Source: Candidatus Udaeobacter sp. (GTDB taxonomy: Bacteria > Verrucomicrobiota > Verrucomicrobiia > Chthoniobacterales > UBA10450). From it: a stretch of 51,413 nucleotides of DNA. Of this stretch, positions 45,921 through 51,413 are shown piece after piece. The stretch lies in contig JBARMF010000042.1 of the NCBI GenBank assembly GCA_049802315.1, positions 1 through 51,413 of the forward strand. The letters run 5' to 3'. The notes beneath the pieces are model-generated. The model worked only from the letters and a program-made list of their open reading frames with translations. It was not told where the DNA came from and searched no databases. The translations under genes and the position numbers were made by a program. Position 1 is the first letter of the stretch, and every line of letters starts with the position of its first letter.

Positions 45921-46472
45921 ATGAACTTGTTCAAAGCTTCCTTCATCGGGCTGGTGCTCGTATCGTTCGCAGGTTTATTTGCGCTGGCACAAACACCCGC
46001 GGCGAAATCCGCGGCATCATCCAAAGGCATTTCGGTGCTGCATCCCACCGCAGGCAACAAAGTCAGCGGCACCGTCACATTCACTCCCGGCGCCGATGGC
46101 GTGCAAGTCCACGCAGAGCTTGCCGGTCTGACGCCAGGAAAGCACGGCTTTCACATACATGAATTCGGCGATTGCAGCGCCGCCGATGCAAGTTCCGCAG
46201 GCGGACATTTCAATCCCACGAACCAACCGCATGCCGCGCCAGATGCAGCCGCGCGGCACGAGGGCGACATGGGCAACGTGGAAGCAGACTCTTCCGGCAA
46301 CGCAAAGCTGGATTACGTCGATCATCAGATTTCTCTCGCGAATGATGCGAAATCGGCGATTGGCCGCGCGGTCATCGTCCACGCGAAACCCGACGATCTG
46401 AAGACGCAACCATCCGGCGACGCGGGCGCTCGCATCGCCTGTGGCGTAATCGGTTGGGCGAAATCCCCCTGA
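45921..46472 (+). CDS. sodC: periplasmic Cu/Zn superoxide dismutase
   Basis: I chose the ATG at 45921 (MNLFKASFIGLVLVSFAGLFALAQ signal peptide). Has HGFHIHEFGDCS, GGHFNP, HEGDMGN and GDAGARIACGVIG. Confidence 0.92.
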   Translation: MNLFKASFIGLVLVSFAGLFALAQTPAAKSAASSKGISVLHPTAGNKVSGTVTFTPGADGVQVHAELAGLTPGKHGFHIHEFGDCSAADASSAGGHFNPTNQPHAAPDAAARHEGDMGNVEADSSGNAKLDYVDHQISLANDAKSAIGRAVIVHAKPDDLKTQPSGDAGARIACGVIGWAKSP

Positions 46473-46493
46473 CCTGAACTATAAGTTCACGTG

Positions 46494-46563
46494 CTGTAGT
46501 GTGCGCTGTCCTCAGCGCAAGCATTTGAAGCAACTCTCCGCTGAGCACAGCGGACGCTTCAGG
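46494..46563. repeat. two-hairpin palindromic element (core-less relative of 27131-27240)
   Basis: gcgctg-tcct-cagcgc and tccgctg-agca-cagcgga. The latter is nearly identical to 27221-27240. Confidence 0.65.
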
Positions 46564-46646
46564 CGTTTCGGAAGGCTGTAATCTCTTTGCTCGACAGAGC
46601 AGATTTCATCTGATCAAATTACTGGAAACCATCGCCCTGCACGCTT

Positions 46647-47045
46647 ATGCCACGATTATCTAAAATTGAATTGTCACCCGATAACGGGTGTGTCATCGAC
46701 ATGAAATGGACCCTCGGCCCGCTCAGTTACCGTTCTTCCGGTGCTGGCAAGGTCGAACTTGAACCAACCAAGGAAATTACCCGGCTGCCGGAGTTGGTGC
46801 TTTACGATCACATCGGATTCAAGGGTTCCTACGCCCGCACGAATTTGAGTTTCCATTACGTTGGCGATTACTGGAACGACCGGATGAGCTGCGTCATTGT
46901 GGTCAGCGGCGTCTGGCGTTTTTTTCGCGATGATTATTACAAAGGTCCACATTGGGACCTCGGGCCCGGCTACTACGAAAGTTTCTTCTCCGAAAAAGGC
47001 CCCGACGACGTCGTCAGCTCATTTCAGTGCATCACGCTCACGTAG
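46647..47045 (+). CDS. beta/gamma-crystallin-like domain protein
   Basis: 132 aa. VLYDHIGFKGSYARTNL...NDRMSCVIVVSGVWRFFRDDYYKGPHWDLGPGYY...DDVVSSFQCI shows two Greek-key Y/FxxxxF/YxG...S motifs. The start is uncertain; the Met at 46701 is possible. Confidence 0.55.
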   Translation: MPRLSKIELSPDNGCVIDMKWTLGPLSYRSSGAGKVELEPTKEITRLPELVLYDHIGFKGSYARTNLSFHYVGDYWNDRMSCVIVVSGVWRFFRDDYYKGPHWDLGPGYYESFFSEKGPDDVVSSFQCITLT

Positions 47046-47200
47046 GGTAACGCACGCGTCTCGCGTGCTGGCGAAGCCGTCCTCGGGTTCGCGAACTTCC
47101 GGTCGCAGGCTTGCACCTAAACCCGCGCGGTTTCGTGTAGGAACTGCTTGGAAAAGATTGTTTCTCCGTGAGACCAAAAGCAGCATGTCGGACGCGTGCA

Positions 47201-48160
47201 CTATCCAGACGAAGCTGCGATGTCGAGAACTTCACGCGCGCAGCCCCAGGAGAGGGTGAAACCGGCGCCGCCGTGACCGTAATTGTGAATGACAGCGCGA
47301 CCGTCGGCGAGACGATCGCGTTCGAGGCGCACGCCTGATTTTCGGAATGGACGCAGGCCGACGCGTTCGGCGAGAAGGCGCGGTTCGTTAATGTTCAGCA
47401 CACGGCTGCATTCTCCGACAATTCGTTGTGTCGTTGCGGGATCCGCCGCCAAGTTATCGCTGAGATCGTTGGTTCCACCGAAGACGCAATCGTTCGCGCG
47501 GGGGATTGCGTACATGAGCGGCGCGTCATCACATACAATCGCGCAGGAGAGACCCTCGATTTTCGGTACTATCGCCACCTGTCCGCGATGCGGTTCGAGA
47601 TCGGCATCAAGCATAAGCTCGCGCGCCCCGATTCCTGCGCAATTGATCACAATGTCGAATTTGGCATCGACATCTTCGAGCTTTTCGAAACGTACGTTCG
47701 CACGGATTTCGCCGTCAGCCTTGTGAAAGCGCGCGGTGAGGTAATCGAGATAAATCGTAGTGTCCATCAGCGGGACGCGCAGTGAGAAACCGCTTTTGAA
47801 TGACTCGCGAGATCCCTCGACTTCGCTCGGGATGACAGAAGCGCCCAGCGGAATCGCCCAATCTGGAATTTCAATCTCACCGGTCCGCAAAAACTGCCGC
47901 GATTCGATGATCGAAACACCGCTTTTGTGAAAGCGGGCGAGATCGAGGAGCACTTGGTAGGTTTCGAGCGCCAATGGGATTACTCTTTCGGCTGGCTCGA
48001 CATGGTACGGAAACCAAACCGCCGCAGCCACGCTGGAGGTTGTTTGCTGTCCGATGTCCTTTGCGAAGATAGCAGTGCGGTAACCGTGCTCCGCAAACAC
48101 GACACCGCACGTCAGTCCCGATACGCCCGCGCCAACGATTGCGACTGGTTCTGCCGACAT
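47201..48160 (-). CDS. FAD-dependent D-amino-acid oxidase-like oxidoreductase
   Basis: 319 aa. VAIVGAGVSGLTCG is the dinucleotide-binding motif, and the C-terminal HNYGHGGAGFTLSWGCA is typical of DAAO. It contains an in-frame repeat insert. Confidence 0.85.
   Translation of the reverse strand: MSAEPVAIVGAGVSGLTCGVVFAEHGYRTAIFAKDIGQQTTSSVAAAVWFPYHVEPAERVIPLALETYQVLLDLARFHKSGVSIIESRQFLRTGEIEIPDWAIPLGASVIPSEVEGSRESFKSGFSLRVPLMDTTIYLDYLTARFHKADGEIRANVRFEKLEDVDAKFDIVINCAGIGARELMLDADLEPHRGQVAIVPKIEGLSCAIVCDDAPLMYAIPRANDCVFGGTNDLSDNLAADPATTQRIVGECSRVLNINEPRLLAERVGLRPFRKSGVRLERDRLADGRAVIHNYGHGGAGFTLSWGCAREVLDIAASSG
47809..47837. repeat. short hairpin repeat, copy 2, inside the DAO coding sequence (gagaTCCCtcgacttcgctcGGGAtgaca)
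   Basis: Differs from copy 1 (286-314) at exactly two positions, and both differences preserve the stem (attcc/ggaat versus atccc/gggat). Translated in frame as VIPSEVEGSR. Confidence 0.75.
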
Positions 48161-48169
48161 TGAAGGACC

Positions 48170-48380
48170 TTAAAATCCAAACTCAGCGCGATCCAAGCCG
48201 GATTGGCGAATAATCGAACGCAGCGTGCCAATTGGAATCTCCTTCCTTGTGGCCGGCACAAATGACGGTTCGGCCGCTGGCAGAACGAAATTTAATGTGA
48301 CTGCCTCGCTGGGAGACGCGGGCACAACCGTGGCTTTCCAAGATCGCGATTATCTCGGTTGAGCTGAGACGTCTAGGCAC
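48170..48380 (-). pseudogene. hicA: hicA-family toxin gene with a frameshift
   Basis: Track ORF 48183-48380 reads ...GSHIKFRSASGRTVICAGHKEGDSNWHAAFDYSPIRLGSR. From 48241 downward the next frame reads EIPIGTLRSIIRQSGLDRAEFGF-stop (TAA at 48172-48170), which is the canonical HicA C-terminus. The frame break lies in aaggaaggag at about 48242-48250. Confidence 0.7.
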
Positions 48381-48582
48381 CGATCAGTTCCTCGCCGACG
48401 GTGATCTGAGAGATGTCGATATAATCGGGATTCGGTTCGCCCTCGAAATACAGCTCGACTGCTTCGCGGAAATTTGCCGCGGCTTCTTCGCGCGTCTTAC
48501 CCAAACTGGAAACATCAACACTCAGCCCTTGAGCGACGAAGTAAGGCTCCTCTCGGTACAAGCAATACTTCACCGCGCGCAT
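48373..48582 (-). CDS. hicB: HicB-like antitoxin (UPF0150 fold, short form)
   Basis: I chose the ATG at 48582 (MRAVKYCLYREEPYFVAQGLSVDVSSLGKTREEAAANFREAVELYFE...). It overlaps the hicA GTG start by 8 nt. Confidence 0.65.
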   Translation of the reverse strand: MRAVKYCLYREEPYFVAQGLSVDVSSLGKTREEAAANFREAVELYFEGEPNPDYIDISQITVGEELIGA

Positions 48583-48671
48583 ACTGAAACCTTGAGGCAA
48601 ATACAGGTTGAGGCAAGACCGATTGAAATCAAGTGTGCAATAGATCGCTGCGTCATATAAAATGACCGGCG

Positions 48672-49763
48672 ATGGTTTCACTCAACCGAGATGCGCTCAC
48701 AGAAAAAATCCTGGAGGGCGCGCGGATTTCCACAGACGACGCGCTGGAATTGTATCGGTCGCCGCTGGAAGAATTGGCGGCGCTTGCGAATGCGCGGCGC
48801 GACATGGCAAAGGCGAAAAGCTACGAAGGCCGCGGCCGCGAGATCGTGACCTACATCGTCGATCGCAACATCAATTACACGAACGTGTGCAACGTTTACT
48901 GCAAGTTCTGCGCGTTTTATCGGACCGAACGCGACGAAGATCATTATGTGCTGACCTTAGGGCAGTTTGATCAAAAGCTGGATGAACTCACCGCTGCAGG
49001 CGGCGTGCAAATCCTGATGCAGGGCGGGCATCATCCGAAATTGTCGTTCCAATGGTACATCGATCTCTTGCACCACATCCGCGAAAAATATCCGCACATC
49101 AATATTCACGGATTCAGTCCGCCGGAGTTTCAACATTTCGCGGAGACATTCCAGATGCCGCTGCGAGAAGTGATCTCGGCATTTAAGACCGCTGGCCTCG
49201 GGTCGATCCCGGGTGGCGGCGGTGAAATCCTTGTGGACCGGGTGCGGAAGAGAATTTCGCCTTTGAAAATTAACAGTGACGAATGGCTGGAGGTGATGCA
49301 GGTGGCGCACGAGCTCGGATTAAAATCGAGTGCTACGATGATGTTCGGCCACGTGGAAACGATCGAAGATCGCGTCGAGCATCTGAAACGGATTCGCGAT
49401 CAACAGGATCGCAGCGGCGGATTCACAGCGTTCATTTGCTGGACCTTTCAACCGCAGCATACCGTGTTGAAAGTGAAGCAGCCCACTGGCGTGTCCGAGT
49501 ATCTGCGAATGCAAGCGCTCGCACGGATTTTCCTGGACAACATCGATAACATCCAAAGCTCTTGGGTCACGCAGGGCCCGGACATCGGCCAGATCGCGCT
49601 GAGATACGGCGCAAACGATTTCGGCTCGGTGATGATGGAAGAAAATGTGGTCAGCAGCGCCGGCACAGCCTTTCGGCTCGATGCAGCGGAAATCGAGTCG
49701 CTCATTCGTGGCGCAGGATACGAGCCACACCGGCGAGATAATTGGTACGAACTGTTGAACTGA
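48672..49763 (+). CDS. radical SAM enzyme of the futalosine menaquinone pathway (MqnC-like; an MqnE assignment is not excluded)
   Basis: 363 aa. VDRNINYTNVCNVYCKFCAF carries the CxxxCxxC cluster. ILMQGGHHPKL and FTAFICWTFQPQHT resemble cyclic dehypoxanthinyl futalosine synthase more than aminofutalosine synthase, as far as I recall. Confidence 0.75.
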   Translation: MVSLNRDALTEKILEGARISTDDALELYRSPLEELAALANARRDMAKAKSYEGRGREIVTYIVDRNINYTNVCNVYCKFCAFYRTERDEDHYVLTLGQFDQKLDELTAAGGVQILMQGGHHPKLSFQWYIDLLHHIREKYPHINIHGFSPPEFQHFAETFQMPLREVISAFKTAGLGSIPGGGGEILVDRVRKRISPLKINSDEWLEVMQVAHELGLKSSATMMFGHVETIEDRVEHLKRIRDQQDRSGGFTAFICWTFQPQHTVLKVKQPTGVSEYLRMQALARIFLDNIDNIQSSWVTQGPDIGQIALRYGANDFGSVMMEENVVSSAGTAFRLDAAEIESLIRGAGYEPHRRDNWYELLN

Positions 49764-49783
49764 AGGTCAACCGAGCCGCGTAG

Positions 49784-49865
49784 CTGTAGCCGCGTCTCTG
49801 TAAGACGCGATAGCCGTCCTGGTTTACCTGCCACGATTACGCCTCGCACAGCGAGGCGGCTACAG
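49784..49865. repeat. clamped palindromic element (ctgtagccgc...gcggctacag)
   Basis: A 10-bp outer inverted repeat encloses two inner hairpins: gcgtct-ctgta-agacgc and cgcctcgc-aca-gcgaggcg. It has the same clamp as the element inside the ABC exporter gene. Confidence 0.7.
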
Positions 49866-49958
49866 ATCGGTGCTCGCTATTCGGAATCAAACACGCACAC
49901 GATCCTTCTGGAATACCGCGTGATTTGAGTTCAGACTCATTTTCAGGAGGAGACAGCC

Positions 49959-50744
49959 ATGGAATTAATTGAAGTCTTTCCGCGATTGCTCACTTGGGCC
50001 GTGCCCGTCATCATTCTTGCCGTCATCATCTTGCCGCAGGCGATCCGGATCCTGCGCGAATACGAGCGAGGCGTGATTTTTCGACTCGGGAAATTACTTA
50101 CCGCGAAAGGTCCCGGCATAATCTTCCTTATCCCGATCGTCGATCGCATGGTGCGCATGGACCTGCGCGTGGTGACCATCAACGTCGAGCGCCAGGAAAT
50201 GATGACGCGCGATAACGTGCCCGTAAGCGTGGATGCGGTGGTTTATTTCCGGGTGGTCGATCCGCAGTCGGCAGTGGTGAAAGTCGAAAATTTTCTCAAG
50301 GCGACGTCACTTATCGCCCAAACTACGTTGCGCAGCGTAATCGGGCAGGCGCCGCTAGATGATTTGCTCTCCCAGCGCGAGTCGATCAACCAAACGCTCC
50401 AGGACATCATTGACAAACAAACTGAGCCGTGGGGCGTAAAAGTCACTGCAGTCGAGGTTAAGGACGTGGTTTTGCCCGACACGATGAAGCGCGCCATGGC
50501 CAAGCAGGCCGAAGCCGAGCGCGAGCGCCGAGCCAAGATCGTCAACGCCGAAGGCGAATTTCAGGCGGCGGCAAAGATGGTGCAGGCAGCCGCGATGATG
50601 AGCAAGGAGCCGATCGCACTGCAACTGCGTTTCCTGCAAACCATGCGGGAAATTTCCAGCGAGCGCAACACAACGACGTTTCTTCCCATCCCGATCGACA
50701 TCTTCACGCCATTAATCAAAAAGACCGAACCGCGCACGGAGTGA
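49959..50744 (+). CDS. SPFH/band-7 (stomatin-like, slipin) protein
   Basis: 261 aa. An N-terminal TM is followed by ILREYERGVIFRLGKL..GPGIIFLIPIVD and the EAERERRAKI coiled coil. AGGAGGAG lies upstream of the ATG. Confidence 0.9.
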   Translation: MELIEVFPRLLTWAVPVIILAVIILPQAIRILREYERGVIFRLGKLLTAKGPGIIFLIPIVDRMVRMDLRVVTINVERQEMMTRDNVPVSVDAVVYFRVVDPQSAVVKVENFLKATSLIAQTTLRSVIGQAPLDDLLSQRESINQTLQDIIDKQTEPWGVKVTAVEVKDVVLPDTMKRAMAKQAEAERERRAKIVNAEGEFQAAAKMVQAAAMMSKEPIALQLRFLQTMREISSERNTTTFLPIPIDIFTPLIKKTEPRTE

Positions 50745-50747
50745 ACC

Positions 50748-51413
50748 TCATGCCGCCACTCTGGCTGGCATCTCGTCGTAGGTTCTCCCACGGAGTAAGC
50801 GACCCGTCAGGTCTTTGCGGACTCCGCCCCACTGTTTAAAGAAAAATGGAACATTTTGCTTGCGACACGCCTTAAAGATTTCTCGAATCCATTCGATTTT
50901 CACTGGTCGAGCGCCCCATCCGGATTCACCACCGACGATCACCCACTGAATACCTTTTAAATTGATTCCAGTCAGCGAACCGATGAGCGGTTCACAGGAC
51001 AGGAACCGAATAGCAGCTGGGACTTTCCTGAGATCATCCACGCGCGACAACACGCGTGAATCCTCAATGCTCACGCCCATCCAAACGTTTACCGGCCAAT
51101 CAATTTTCGCGGCGAGAGCCATCAATCGTCCGCTTCGCTTAGTTAGGATTTGGAACGTGTGCTGGGGGCATGCGCGCATCGTAGCAAACACGCTCTGAAT
51201 GAATTCGAGCGGCACTTGCTCATGGAACAGATCGCTCATCGAATTCACAAAGATCAATCGCGACTCCCGCCAGCGTTTCGGTAGGTCTATGAGATCTTCG
51301 TGGAGCGTGAGTTTGAAGCCGTTGCGATATCGAGGATTGCCCATCGCCTGCAACCGTAACGCAAGGCGGTCAGCGTAGCAGTTCTTGCACCCCGCACTGA
51401 CCTTTGTACAACC
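50748..51413 (-). CDS. DUF5131 (phage Gp37/Gp68-like) protein, N-terminus truncated by the window end
   Basis: The track ORF is 50748-51353, but the frame stays open to the window edge. The reverse strand at 51413 reads GCTKVSAGCKNCYADRLALRLQAMGNP..., the conserved Cys motif of the family. Later motifs are FVNSMSDLFHE and FFFKQWGG. Confidence 0.8.
   Translation of the reverse strand, partial: GCTKVSAGCKNCYADRLALRLQAMGNPRYRNGFKLTLHEDLIDLPKRWRESRLIFVNSMSDLFHEQVPLEFIQSVFATMRACPQHTFQILTKRSGRLMALAAKIDWPVNVWMGVSIEDSRVLSRVDDLRKVPAAIRFLSCEPLIGSLTGINLKGIQWVIVGGESGWGARPVKIEWIREIFKACRKQNVPFFFKQWGGVRKDLTGRLLRGRTYDEMPARVAA

Noticed and set aside
47046-47200. Possible additional repeat element or sRNA between the crystallin-like gene and DAO
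   Set aside because: It contains one good hairpin (gcacgcg-tct-cgcgtgc) and weaker pairings, but I could not match it to another copy in the window, so I left it unannotated.
1-51413. tRNA, rRNA, tmRNA, CRISPR arrays, IS transposases, integrases
   Set aside because: I scanned by eye for T-loop (GGTTCGAATCC-like) motifs, long identical direct repeats and transposase/integrase-like translations. None were found. Small ncRNAs cannot be excluded without covariance-model searches.

Overview
A 51.4 kb chromosomal segment of about 55% GC, densely packed with about 55 protein-coding genes. I found no rRNA, tRNA, CRISPR array, transposase or integrase. The content is mostly housekeeping: mnmG-plsY-gpsA, purN, metF, hpf, glgX, nagA, tatC, pilD, folB, bamA-skp, sodC, three APC amino-acid permeases, a P3A-type H+-ATPase with PPK2, an MqnC-like futalosine enzyme, and several peptidoglycan amidase, LysM and L,D-transpeptidase genes. 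The gene set and repeat types suggest a Verrucomicrobiota/PVC-like soil bacterium, but that is inference only. Three things stand out. (1) At 30827-32603 a 58-aa Pup/UBact-like tag ORF ending in ...RYRQRTGQ is hidden inside a longer track ORF. It is translationally coupled to 20S proteasome beta and alpha subunit genes, and no ligase, deamidase or ATPase partner lies anywhere in the window. (2) Several families of short GC-rich palindromic (REP/MITE-like) elements fill the intergenic gaps. Three copies sit in frame inside otherwise conserved enzymes (nagA, an MsbA-like ABC exporter, a D-amino-acid oxidase). (3) There is small-scale gene decay: a frameshifted hicA, a halogenase-like remnant, and a duplicated 5' gene fragment. 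All functional calls come from reading motifs in the translations; no database search was run.
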